Part shown: piece by piece, positions 23,359 to 37,965 of the stretch
Layout of the letters: each line of letters begins with the position of its first letter
Numbering within the stretch: position 1 is the first letter of the stretch
Origin: the human T2T-CHM13v2.0 reference genome, Homo sapiens
Reading direction: 5' to 3' (one strand)
DNA length: 64,000 bases
NCBI RefSeq assembly: GCF_009914755.1
Contig: NC_060926.1
Notes under the pieces: generated by a model
Database searches by the model: none
Seen by the model: the letters and a program-made list of their open reading frames with translations, nothing else
Told to the model about the DNA's origin: nothing
Made by a program: the position numbers and the translations under genes

Positions 23359-25839
23359 AAATTCAAGAAAAAGGAATGGCAGGCATAGAAAGAGGTACAA
23401 GAGATCTTTGTGAATTTAGGAAATAAGACATCATAATTTAATGTGATTAGAATTAAGGGGAGATACAGCTCAAAGACAATTTGATAGTGGACACCCCTAA
23501 ATGACAAGCTTAGCATGTCTTTCATCTCCCATGCCACTAGGAGCCAGCAGTAACATGATATGATCAGATTTGTGTTTTGGAAAGATTCTTATAGCAGTGT
23601 AGGAGAATTTGGGAGGATTTTCAAGGAATTTAAGTTAGATTTAAACTACAAAGCATGGCACAGATATTAGTTATAAATACTACCATCAATGTTTTGGGGA
23701 TGAGAGAGACTAAAGGTGGAGAACTTCTGACTCCTTTCTTTGGCAAAGACTGGGGCTTACTGGTAGGTCCTACAGAGATGGATGGCGGCCACACAGGGCC
23801 TGTTACCCAGTAAAGCTCATGGTGCTAGAGGAAGATTCTCAGGTCATGTCCAAGTGTGATTCCTGAGCTGATTCTGTGTAATATGCTGTAGATGGGTGGT
23901 CGAAACTGGAAGCATTCCACATGTAAATTGGGAGACAAAACTTGGACCAACACATGTCAGTGAGTAAATCACAGAGATTAGTGCAAAAAATGTCAGCAGA
24001 ACTGGCAGAAACAAGAAGTATGGACAAATTCCAGAGTGGAGAGGCTGATGAAGGATTGTTATTATTATTGTATATTTTTTGTTCCAGAATCTATTTCTCG
24101 AGCAGGTTTATTCAAATGGGCCAGGTCCAAATAAGCAGAACAGATGAGAGATGATGAGGGCACGAACCACCAGCGACACCACGGAGGATAGGGAGAAAAG
24201 AAGAAATTCCAGAGATATGAAGGAGACTTCATGGCTGATTAGACTTGATGGCTGATTAAGGCAAACTTAAGATCCTTTTTTTGTTTTTTGTTTTTTGTTT
24301 TTGCCTGAACAACTTGGGCAAACAGATGTAGGACTAGATTTAGGAAGCAAGTAATAATTTCAGCTTGGGAGATTCTGAAGATCTAAAAGAAATGGTCAAG
24401 GTAGGAAGTCAGCGTGTAGGGTTGGATGTTAGGGGAAAGTTTAATGCTAAGCATATAAATGAGAGAAGAATGTCAAATACCCTGCAACAGTAGTCTGAGT
24501 TACCTCCATCTGTATCAATAATGCACTAGGCTCCCCAGCTCTGCTAGGTTGTGATCTAATGGACCCATTTGTAGGGCTAAAGAAAAGGGGGATGGAATGC
24601 AGACAAAATGGGGGTAAAAGCCTGGGCAGTCACCTGCAGGTGTGTACACAATTACACATCAGAGATGCTATTTTGGGAGAAACAGACATATGTAATCCAG
24701 GTGAAACAGGGTCCTGGTAGTGTTTCTTACTGTCTGTGAGAAATTGGAGAAGTTGTTCTTTTGATTCCCCTGTGCTTGAAGAAGGTTCTGCTGTCAATGG
24801 TTCCACCTAGTACTGTACAGGAGAGGACCCTTGGAGTACAGAGGTTGCCACTCAGATATCTCATTTAGGCCCAAAACATATTGAAATACAATGAAGGTTG
24901 AAGCACTTGTTTCACTGAGCTTTTCCAGAGCAATTGAAGCAAACTGGAAACTAAGACTTAAACTTTGTTCTAGTAGGGAAGGGCTCACTCTTCCAGGTCT
25001 TTAGTGGGTGTCTCAAGTAGGATTCCAGATCTCTTTCTCACTTTTAACTTCTTCATCTTCCTTGTGCAGTACCTCAGCCATTCTTCAGAGTCTGTCCCCA
25101 TTCCCATACTGAAAAACATCCCATCAGAGGGCTTGTGAATGTAAGTCATCTGATGTCAATCGACATGTAAATAGTAGCTTTCTCCTGCCTAGATTTGGCA
25201 GGCAAAGTCTTTAATTCTGTTGCCTCACCTGGGGAAGGTAACAGGGATTTCAGATCACTTCTAGTCTCTCCACTCTGGAGATTTGAGGCTGGTTTCCTCT
25301 TGCCATGACTAAAAGCAACATATTTTATCTGGAGGAACATTTATGTTCTCTTGTAGGCAATAGTCTTGTTACAAATGAGGATGCTGTATATTTGTTCTCA
25401 ATATAATTTTGACCATGAGCATGGCATTAATTGTACAAAGGGGCACGTCACTCCTTCTGACCCTGTCACAATGGAGGGACCAGCACATTAGATGATAGTG
25501 GCTCTGTTTTTAGCCACCAAGATGGTAGCACTTGCTCCTGGCACATTTTTTTCTGATCTCCCATTTCTTTTCTGAGAGGAGGGATGAAGTGGCCCTCTGT
25601 TTATAATATCACCTTTGTATCACCAAGAACTGGTTTTGGGAGTATCTGCTACTGTATTTGTCTATGATTTTTCTCCTCTCCTCTTGAGCTGGTGGCTTGG
25701 AAGGAGTTGTGTCTTCCCAAAGTTCAGAGTAGCACACTTTCCTTTATCAGAAGAGTGGGGATTAATGGTACTGTTAGCAGAAACTCTCTGTTAAAAAGTA
25801 GTACATGGCATGTATTAAAAACATCAAGTCTAATTCGTA

Positions 25840-26515
25840 AGTTTTTAAAAATATGTTTTTAAGTACCTTTTCTCACTAAATATAACCAGGAGTCCTTGGA
25901 AAAATGGCTTATTCCAAGGCAGAGAGAACAGAATATGAATAAGGAACATTTCATGCCAGAGGGTAATGAAGAGTTCAAAAAGGAATGAAGAAATGTCAGA
26001 AAAAATCAAAAGCCAACTTCAAGATGCCTCTTCTGGCCAAATCTGAGACAATTTGAGCATCAAAATTGATAATAACAATGGACTATAATCTATTGCAAAG
26101 GATCCATGAGTCTATATTGAAATAAAAAATGAGTATAAAAATGAATGAGAGAAAAAAAAACTCTCTTACCATGAGCCTCTGTGGTCCTAATAAAATACTA
26201 TTACATGTGGATACAATGATGGAGATTTAAAAATCATTATTTTGCAAGCATAATAATTGATTTGGGCAAGATTCATTAATTAACACTAAAACTGTAGGTG
26301 ACCATTTGGTAAGGAGCAGAATATATAGTCTAAAAGTGTCTCTTAAATTTACTATTAATTATAAAGGGAAAATAGTGACTTTAGAGTGGGGAAGCCTGGT
26401 GGACACTTCCTTAGGCAAGTGTTCAAAGTTACCGTCACCACTAATGGGACAAACCTGCATGCTATATCTCCTAATATGATGCACTGAGAATCTATAAAAT
26501 AACTACTTTCACTGT
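25840..26515 (+). mobile_element. L1MC4/5-like 3' region
   Basis: aaccaggagtccttggaaaaatggct...ctggccaaatctgagacaatttgagcatcaaaat...gggaaaatagtgactttagagtgg is characteristic of L1MC4/5 3' UTRs. Confidence 0.75.
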
Positions 26516-26619
26516 CAGGGTTTGAAGAGCTTGGGGGAATGAGTAGGGTTTTTGCGATGCCTTTTTTTTTAAACAATCTAAAGTGACTGATCTTCAACCA
26601 GCACTATCTGTGCCCTTCT

Positions 26620-26960
26620 CTCTTTCAGGAAGTCCCTTAGCCACAAATGCCCTTCCTTCCTCATTGAGACTATCTGTAACTCATCTTTAAGACCCTAGTC
26701 AACTTTGTGTCTTCCAAACTTTTCAGGATTTTTCAGTTTGTAGGCTGGAAATGATTTTCCCTATGTTGGATTACTAACACATGTCTAAGTCCTCTTTTGA
26801 GGTACTATTTCCTACTTATAATTTGTCTACTTGTGCACGATTATTTTCCTTACTAGACTATAAGTTCCTTGAAGAGCGGTATCATGTCCCATTTATCTTT
26901 GTATTATCAAGTGCATCTTACACATAGGAGGAGTTTCATAAATGTTTGCTGAGTGAATGT
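26620..26960 (+). mobile_element. L2 3' fragment
   Basis: tactagactataagttccttga...cacataggagg...aaatgtttgctgagtgaatg. Confidence 0.75.
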
Positions 26961-27077
26961 AAGAAGGACCATCTTGTTAACATTTATGATCATAAACAGC
27001 TTTGAGGTTAGTGATTGGGTAAGTGTCTGAAAAGAACATCAGTGTTTTGGATTAGTCTCGAGTTGTGATGTTAAATA

Positions 27078-27260
27078 TGCTATCCATTAGCTATGTATCA
27101 CTATTTAATTTTAAATTGAGATAAAATAAAAAAATCAGTTCTACAATATCACTAATCCACAGTTGAAGTGCTTAGCAGCCACATGTGCCTAGGCACTACC
27201 ATACTGGAGACAGCAAGTAGCAAAACATTTCCATCATCACAGAGAGTTCTATTGTCAATG
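27078..27260 (-). mobile_element. MER3 (hAT-Charlie)
   Basis: aagtgcttagcagccacatgtgcctag...aacatttccatcatcacagagagttctattg. Confidence 0.75.
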
Positions 27261-28165
<905 letters not shown>

Positions 28166-29268
28166 TCATTTATTTATTTATATATTTTTGCACATAAGAA
28201 CTCAGCAGGTAATTTATTTGCTATTGTGATAGTACAAGTTTCCCAGAATTTTGCTTCTGTTTCAAACTCATCTGCTAATTTTTTTCTACATATTCAGTGA
28301 ATTTTAGAAAAAGAACATGCATCTGCTTCCTGTTTAAGAGGAGGGTATAAAAAAGAAAGTTTCCCTATCCCTGTTTTTAATTAAAACATTTATGTTCTGT
28401 TTTGTGAATTTCAGAACAATATTTAAGATTCTGCTGACAGTTGAGAGAATATGTTCAGGCTTTGTTTATTGAGCTGGGAGAGAAAGAAGATTCCAGGGGT
28501 GGTTGAGGCTTTAGGAATAAAATGATGCATTTTTATGCAGTGTCAACTTTTACTCTGTTGTACAATGTAATTAATCTTTTTCTAAAACTTTTGTTTTAGG
28601 TTCAGGTTTATGTTATTTTATTTACATGTGCAAGTTTCTTACATAAGTAAATTGTGTGTCATGGGGGTTTGGTGTACAGATTATTTTATCACATAGGTAA
28701 TAAGCATGGTACCCCATAGGTAGTTTTTCAGTCCTTTCCCTCCTCCCATCATCCACCTTCAAGTAGCCCTGGTGTTTATTGTTCTCTTCTTTGTGTCTTT
28801 GTGTATTTAATGTTTAGCTCCCACTTATACATGAGAACACACAATATTTGGTTTTCTATTCCTGCATTAGGTTGCTTAGGATTATAGCCTCCAGCCATAA
28901 TCCATGTTGCTGCAAGGGACATGATCTCATTCTTTTTTATGGCTGCATAGTATTCCATGGTGTATATGTACCACATTTTCTTTATTCAGTTTTCTGTGGA
29001 TGGGCATTAACGTTGATTCCATGCCTTTGCTATTGTGAATAGTGCTACAGTGAACATATGTGTACATGAGTCTTTATGGTAGAATGATTTATAATCCTTT
29101 GGGTATCTACCCAATAATGGGATTGCTGTCAAATAGTACCCCTGTTTTAAGTTCTTTGAGAAACTGCTACACAGCTTTCCACAGTACCTGGACTAATTTC
29201 ATTCCCACCAGCAGTATATAAGTGTTCCTTTTTTTCTGCAACATCACCAGCATTTATTATGTTTTGAC

Positions 29269-31621
29269 TGATATGGTTTGGCTGAATTCACACGCATATC
29301 TCATCTCGAATTGTAATCCCCATTATCCCCATGTGTTGAGGGAGGGACCCCTTGGGAGGTCATTGGATTATGGGGGTAGTTTCCCCCATGCTCTTCTCAT
29401 GATAGTGAGTGAGTTCTCACCAGATCTGATGGTTTTATAAGGGGCTCTTCCTGCTTTGCTTCCATGACACACTCTCCCATCTGTTGTCATGTAAAACATG
29501 CCTGCTTCCCTTTCCACAGGATTGTAAGTTTCCTGAGGCCTCCCCAGCCATTGAAAACCATGAGTCAATTAAACCTCTTTTCTTTATAAATTACACAGTC
29601 TTGGTATTTCTTTATAGCAGTGTGAAAACAAACTAATAATGGAAACTGGTACCATGGAGAGTGGGGCACTGCTATAAAGATATCTGAAAATATGGAAGTG
29701 ACTTTTGAACTGGGTAACATGCAGAGTTTGGAACAGTTTGGAGGGCTCAAAAGAAGACAGGAAGATGTGCGAAAGTGTGAAACTTCCCAGAGACTTGTTC
29801 AATGGTTTTGACCAAAATGCTGATAATGATGTAGACAATGAAGTCCAGGCTGAGTGGTCTCAGATGGAGATGAGGAACTTATTGGGAACTGGAGCAAAGG
29901 TCACTCTTGCTATGCTTTAGTGAAGAGACTGACGGCATTGTGCCCCTGCCCTAGAGATCTGTGGAACTTTGAACTTGAGAGAGATGATTTAGAGTATCTA
30001 GCAGAAGAAATTTCTAAGCAACAAAGCATTCAAGATGTGATCTGGATTATTCTGAAAGCATTCAATGTTATGCATTCACAAAGAAATGGTTTGAAATTGG
30101 AACTTATGTTTACAGGGGAAGTTGAGCATAAAAGTCTGGAAAGCTTGCAGCCTGATGATGCGATAGAAAAGAAAAACCCATTTTCTGGCGGGGGGAATTC
30201 AAGCTTGCTGCAGAAATTTGAATAAGTAATGAGGAGCCAAATGTTAATCACCAAGAAAATGGGGAAAATGTATCTGGGGTCTGACAGAGAACTTCATGGC
30301 AGCTGCTGCCATCACAGACCTGAGGCTTAGGAGGGAAAAACGGTTTCTTGGGCTGGGCTCTGTGTGGCCTCAGAACTTGGTGCCCTGCATCCCAGCCATG
30401 GCTAAAAGGGGACAACATACAGCTCAGACCATTGCTTCAGACACTGCAAGCCCCAAGCCTTGGCAGCTTCCATGTAGGGTTAGGCTTTGGGGTTCACAGA
30501 AGTCAAGAATTGAGGTTTGGGAACCTCCACCTATATTTCAGAGGTTGTATGGAAATGCCTGATGTCCAGGCAGAAGTTTGCTGCAGGGGCAGAGCCCTTA
30601 TGAATAACCTCTGCTAGGGCAGTGCAGAAGGCAAATGTGGGCTCAGAGCCCCAACACAGATTTCCCACTGGGGCACTGCCTAGTGGAGCTGTGAGAAGAG
30701 GGCCACCCTCCTCCAAATCCCAGAATGATAGATCCACTGACAGCTTACACCATGCACCTGGAAAAGCTGCAAACACTCAATGCCAGCCCGTGAAAGCAGC
30801 CAGGAGGTGGGCTGAATCCTGCAAAGCCACATGCGTGGAGCTGTCCAAGACTGTGGGAGACTACTTTTTGCATCAGCGTGACCTGGATGTGAGACATGGA
30901 GTCAAAGGAGATTATTTTGGAGCTTTAAGATTTAATAAATACCCCACTGGATTTCAAACTTGGATGGGGCCTGTAGCCCCTTTGTTTTAGCCAATTGGGT
31001 GTATTTACCCAATGCCTGTGCCCCATTTTATATCTCCCATTGTGTCTTGGAAGTAACTTGCTTTTGATTTTACAGGCTCCTAAGTAGAAGGGACTTGCCA
31101 AAGGTGGATGAGACTTTGGACTTGGACTTCTGAGTTAATGTTGGCATAAGTTAAGACTTTGGGGGACTATTGGGAAGGCATGATTGTGTTTTGAAATGTG
31201 AGGACATGAGATTTGGGAGAAAGCAGGGGTAGAATGATATGGTTTGGCTCTGTGTCCTCAGCTAAATCTTATCTTGAATTGTAATCCCCCTTATCCCCAC
31301 ATGTTAAGGGAGGGAGCTGATGAGAGGTTATTGAATCATGGGGGGCAGTTTTATCCATGCTGTTCTCATAATAGTGAATGAATTATCATGAGATCTGATG
31401 GTTTTATAAGGGGCTCTTCCCCCTTTGCTTCCTTCACACGTTCTCTTGCTTGCTGTCATGTAAGACATGCCTGTTTCCTCTTCTGCCATGATTGTAGGTT
31501 TACTGAGCCTGCCCCAGCCTTGTGGAACTGTGAGTCAATTAAACATCATTTTTTAAAATAAATTACCCAGTCTTGAGTAGTATCTTTATAGCACTGGGAA
31601 AATGGACTAATATTAAATACA
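29269..31621 (+). mobile_element. Full-length THE1D MaLR provirus (5' LTR 29269-~29640, 3' LTR 31235-31621)
   Basis: THE1D-type LTRs, internal MaLR ORF remnants, and a perfect TSD TTGAC at 29264-29268 and 31622-31626 inside the L1PA. Confidence 0.95.
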
Positions 31622-31808
31622 TTGACTTTTTGATAATAGCAATTCTGATTGGCGTGAGATAGTATATCATCGTGGTTTCAATTTGCATTAAAATAATTCT
31701 CTAATGATTTGTGATGTTGAGCAGTTTTTCATATGCTTTTTGGCCATGTGTATGTCTTCTTTTGAAAAGTGTCTGTTCGTGTCCTTTGCCTGCACCCCTA
31801 CCCTGGTC

Positions 31809-32458
<650 letters not shown>

Positions 32459-33301
32459 TAAGTTTCTTGTGTATTCTGGATGTTATACCTTCGTTGGATG
32501 CATAGTTTGTGAATATTTTCTCCCATTCTGTAGGTTGTCTGTTTACTCTATTGATAGTTTCTTTTGCTGTGCAGGAGTTCTTTAGTTTAATTAGGTCACA
32601 ATTGTCCATGTTTGTTTTCGTTGTAATTGCTTTTGGCATTTTCATCGTAAAATCTTTGCTGAAGCCTATGTCAAGAATGATATTTCCAAGGTTATCTTCC
32701 AGGGTTTTTATAGTTTTAGGTTTTACATCTTAGACTCTAATCTATCTTGTATATCATGTTAGATAGGGATCCAGCTTTAATCTTCTGCATATGGCTAGAC
32801 AGTTATCCCAGCACCATTTATTGAATAGGGAGTCCTTTTCCCATCACTTCTTTTTGTCAGCTTTTCCTATCCATGAACATGGAATGTTTTTCCATTTGTT
32901 TGTGTCATCTCTGATTTCTTTGAGCAGTGTTTTATAATTCTAATTGTAGAGATCTTTCATCTCCCTGTTTACCTGTATTCCTAGGTATTTTTTTATTATT
33001 ATTTTGCTACTGTGAATGGAATTACACCGTTTATTTGGCTCTCAGCTTGAATGTTGTTCATGTATAGAATTGCTACTGAATTCTGTACATTGATTTTTGT
33101 ATCCTGAAATCTTGCTGAAGTTCTTCATCCAATCTAGGAGTTTTGGGCAGAGATTATGGGGTTTTCTAGATAGCGAATCATATTGTCTGCAAACAGAGAT
33201 AGTTTGACTTCCTTTCTTTCTATGTGGAGGCCTTTTATTTCTTTCTCTTACACGATTGCTCTGGCTAGGACTTTCAGTACTATGTTAAATAGGAGTGATG
33301 A

Positions 33302-33593
33302 GGCTGGGTGCAGTGGCTCACACCTATAGTTCCAGCATTTTGGGAGGCCAAGGCGGATGATCACTTGAGGTCAGGAGTTCGAGACCAGCATGGACAACAT
33401 GGTGAAACTTCATCTCAACTAAAAATACAAAAATTAGCCAGGCACAGTGGCACATGCATGTAACTGCAGCTACTTGGGAGACTGAGACAGGAGAATCGCT
33501 TAAGCATGGGAGATGGAGGCTGCAGTGATTGAGATCACGCCACTGCATTCCAGCCTGGGTGACAGAGTGAGATTTTCTCCACCCCCCACCCAA
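33302..33593 (+). mobile_element. AluSz-like
   Basis: cacttgaggtcagg diagnostic. TSD aaataggagtgatga (33287) and aaaaaggagtggtga (33594) within L1 ORF2. Confidence 0.95.
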
Positions 33594-33712
33594 AAAAAGG
33601 AGTGGTGAGAGTGGGCATCCTTGTTTTGTTCCAGTTCTCAAGGGGAATGCTTCCAGCTTTTGTTCATTCAGTATGATGTTGGCTGTGGGTTTGTCATAGA
33701 TGGCTCTCATTT

Positions 33713-34793
33713 TGAAATCGAAAAATTCTTTGAAACTAATGAGAACAAAGATAAAATATACTAGAATCTCTAGGACAAAGCTAAATGAGTGTTAACAGGG
33801 AAGTTTATAGTGCTAAATACCCACATCAAAAAGTTAGAAATATCTAAAATTAACAGCATACCTAGAGGAACTAGAGAACAGGAGAAAAACCGACCTTAAA
33901 GCTAACAGAAGACAAGGAATAACCAAAATCAGAGCTGAAATAAAAGAAACTGATACACAAAATCATACAAAAGATTAACAAATCCAGGAGTTGGTTTTTT
34001 GAAAAAAATGAATAAGATTGATGGACAGCTAGCTAGACTAATAAAGAAAAATAGGGAGAAGATCCAAATAAATACAATCAGAAATGACAAAGGGGACATT
34101 ACCACTGGCCCCACAGAAGTAGAAAAAAAGCTCTTAGAGAACACTATAAAGACATCTATGCACACAAAGTAGAACACCTAGAAGAATGGATAAATTCCTT
34201 CCAAGATTGCATCAGGAAGAAATTGAATCCCTAAACAAACCAATAAAGAGTCCCAAAATTGAATCAGTAATAAAAAGCCTACCAATAAGAAAAAGGTGAA
34301 TTCACAGATAGATTTACCACCAAATTATATTAGATGTATAAAGAATAGCTGGTACCATTCTTTCTTACTGAAACTATTCCAAATAATTGAAGGGAAGAAC
34401 TCCTCCCCAACTCATTCTATGAGACCAGCATCATCCTGATACCAAAACTTGGCAGAGACACAACTGGAGAGAAAACTTCAGGCCAATATCCCTGATGAAC
34501 TTTGAACGGAGATGCAATGATCTTCAATGAAATACCAGCAAACTGAATCGAGAAGCACATGTAAATGCTAATCCACCACCATCAAGTAGTTTTTATCCCA
34601 GGGATGCAAGATTGCTTCAACAAACACAAATCAATATATGTGATTTACTATACAAAAACAAAAGCACACAATCATCTCTATAGATACAGGAAAGACTTCT
34701 GATAAAATTCGACATCTCTTCATGTTAAAAATCCTCAACAAACTAGGCATTGAAGCAACTTTCCTCAAAATAATGAAAGCCGCCTTTGACAAA
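33713..34793 (+). mobile_element. Inverted 5' segment of the same L1PA (ORF2 post-endonuclease region)
   Basis: Sense-strand L1 ORF2 (aaattctttgaaactaatgagaacaaaga...cctcaaaataatgaaagccgcctttgacaaa). It ends at the L1 position where the minus segment stops. Confidence 0.9.
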
Positions 34794-37112
34794 TGTTTTA
34801 ATTTTGCTGAAGTCCAATTTATATGCAGTTTATTTTTGCTGTAGGGATAGAAAATCATGCAGCTTTGGAGTAAAACTGGGTAGAATATAAAAATATTAAA
34901 AATTGACTTCTTTCCCCATTTTAAATACATTTTACCTATTCAAATTAAATTGTTCCATAAAAATTACTGGCTTTGTTGGAAATATCAGTTTCATTAATAT
35001 TTAAGAAACAACTTTGGCACAGTACATCTTCTAAATAAAATTTTTCTTTTCCCACATACCTCTTTCCTGAGAATAATTTCTGTGTATAGCCCCTCTGCAC
35101 ACTATCACTTCCTTTATTAATCTCACAAGTTGGTCAATATCACCAAACATCCCTCTGCCTCAAAATTTACTGTTTTCTTTGGTGTCCACACCTGTATTTT
35201 ATACAGGAGGAAGAATATCTCATCTATGTTGTTTCTATCCAGAACATTTTATACGTTTGGTATATTTACCAAGTGGCATCAACTTCTCTGAGGGTTATGT
35301 GACCTGGGATTACTTTATATCAACATTTTCTCATACTTTACAAGGGGGTGAAATGGTTTTTCCTTATAAGACCACGTCGGTTAAAAATTATTAATACATT
35401 ATTGTCTATGTACCATGTCTAAGCCCTGTAATACATGTTTTATATAAAATTTTTCATTCATTTTAGTTAATTGTTAAATAGATATTATTATCCCTGTCTT
35501 ACAAATGAAGAACCTAAATCTTGAAAATGTTAAGTAATTTAATAGCTCCTAAACCATGGATGGGATATTTTACTGACCCTAAAACCTATAGTCTTCAATG
35601 CCATTTGTTCTTAACAGCCATCAATTGGCCACAGATGTGTGTATTTTATGTCTTAATTTATCTGAAGCCTTTGAAGAAAAAAATGTTTATCCCACAATAG
35701 TTTTATTTGAATATATTGTTTACTTGATATTCCAGTTTTTCTTTTGAATCCAGAATTCAAACCACTATTCCAAGGGTACTGTGATCTTATCTCAAAAAAT
35801 ACGGAAAGCATTTTGCAAAGTATTAAAAAGTATATACGAAAGTGCTTTGGAATTGCCATTATAAAGTAAGTGCATAGAATTACAAAGTAGTTAAATGATA
35901 TAATGTTGAAATGATAGTTTGATTGTTAAATTCTTTACCATTTTGTGAATTTGTTGCAATTAGGGTGAAAAAAATAGATGCTGACAGCCTTAACAGTCTT
36001 ATTTTTAGCATCCCTACTGTATTAACACTGATGGCTTCATCAATCTGAGTGTCCTTGGTATTTATTGTTTTCAGTGATGGGTAGTATTTATAATTGTCTT
36101 AACAAGAAATTCTAGCCAAACCTGCTTTCATGTCATAAGTAAAGGGAGTTATTCATGTCGAAAATGATGTAAGAAGTGAAGCATAATTTCAGATATATAA
36201 ATTAACATTTCTTTTTAATACATTGCTCATCATTTTGTTCTTAATAAAAAATAAAGAAACTGTGACACAGACAGTGAAAAATGACTAAGAAATGCCTGTC
36301 CTTTAAAAATCACTTATAGGAAGAAGTTAGGACTTATCTTTTTAATCCAAAGAGTTTTTCTCAAATAAGACTCACTAAATTTTTTTTTCATTGAATGTAA
36401 TGATCCATTGCGTCTTTCTTTGCCACGTCTTCCTGTGACCATCAGCACTAGTGAGTTACAGATAAGTACTCACTTTGTGGAAGTCTGTCTCAATTCAAAT
36501 AATGGTTTAAAACTTCTGCAGTGATCTATGGACCTTGCTTCGGGAAAACGGGGCAATATGACAGAGATAATTTGGTTAAAATCCAAGCTAAACATACTAT
36601 AGTTTTCAAAGTCCTTTTGACTCTGATACAGACAAATCAGCTCTGGCTGAAAGTTGGTACTTTTTTTCTCAATATTTTGATTTTGTCCTTTGTAAGCTAG
36701 CTCTAAACACATGTTCTTTATCTCAGAGTTACTTGTTAACTTACTTGATGGCAAAAACAATTTTAAAAATCTATGAATTTCCTCAGTGGGGCTGACCATC
36801 AAAGTTTTGGGAAACTGGGCTAAATAAATAAAAACAAACAAACAGAAAAACTTCTCTGGCTTTGTAGTCTACCTCTCTTAAGTCCTGGTGGGTGTTTACT
36901 CTAGATCCCTAGGCTGATAACATTCTTTGCTGTATAAAGGGCAGTGTTTCACATTGAGTCAGCTAGCTAGCATGAATAACCCATCTAATTTAATTGAATA
37001 AAAAACTTTGGCCTAATGAATACAAAACTATGCTATAGAATATATCTTGACTAATACAATTGTCTTACTAAGGCACAACTTTGATCATAATTCTTCTCAT
37101 TCCCATACTCAT

Positions 37113-37507
37113 TGTCGTAGTCATTAGTGATATTTCCCTAAAAATTTCCATCTCTCTTCCACTCCAGGTAGGATTGCTCTTCTTGGCCTCTTATGTTTGG
37201 ATGGGACGCTCTAATTATTTCTGGCCAATGAGATGAGAGCAGGAGTAACATGTATCCTTTCTGGGCTGAAATTTTACTTGACAGTGCAAACCCCGAAGAG
37301 CTCTTATTTCCTTGATGAACAGTGGTGTTTGAGATGTGACTGCTTCTTAGACTGAGACCCTGGGTGATTGCAATAAGCAAAAGCCTCCCTGCCAAACCAT
37401 AATGAACATTTAGCATGCACATAAAATAAGCCTTTATTTTTGTAAACTACAAAAGTTTGGGTCTTGTCTGTAACTGCAGCATAACCAACCCTATTTTAAC
37501 TGGTACA
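37113..37507 (+). mobile_element. MLT1I/J-like solo LTR (MaLR)
   Basis: ctggccaatgagatgagagcaggag...taactgcagcataacc...aactggtaca; TG...CA ends. Confidence 0.75.
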
Positions 37508-37679
37508 TTTTCTGACACCCTTCCATTTACTAAAACACATTCAGTAAATACAGGATAAAGTATGAGCTGTCTGGCACTCAAGAGTCTCTTAAATTTGAAT
37601 TCATTCTACTCTTTCTTTTCTCAGGTTGATTAATGCATTTTGTTTTCCAGTAGAACTGGACTCTATGTCCTGTCTTTCA

Positions 37680-37965
37680 ATTTCTAAGACTGAGCCTTCC
37701 CTGAGAACCTCATTGCTTTTCACTTGTGATGAATGTTCTTTTTTTGAATTCCCATTAGTGTCTTGTTATTGTTGTCATTATTTATGAGACTTTTAATTCC
37801 ATATTTTACTTTACTTATCTGTAAACCTGTTATTCCCTTTACAAAAAACTAATAAGTGAATTTGAGGGCAGGGCCTATGCCTTATTTATATTCATATCCT
37901 TATAGACATTAGCTCTGTTTTTAGCTCACAGGAAGTGTTCCATAAATATTTGTTGTATTGCATTG
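37680..37965 (+). mobile_element. L2 3' fragment
   Basis: tttgagggcagggcctatg...acaggaagtgttccataaatatttgttg. Confidence 0.65.

Noticed and set aside
24224-24257. 17-bp tandem duplication agactt(c/g)atggctgatt, plus short duplications at 42846-42872 and 51641-51680
   Set aside because: Two-copy slippage duplications in or near old repeats; no spacer array or CRISPR-like periodicity.
24631-24650. Overlapping palindromes CACCTGCAGGTG and TGTGTACACA
   Set aside because: Palindromes of 10-12 bp are expected by chance in 64 kb; no supporting context.
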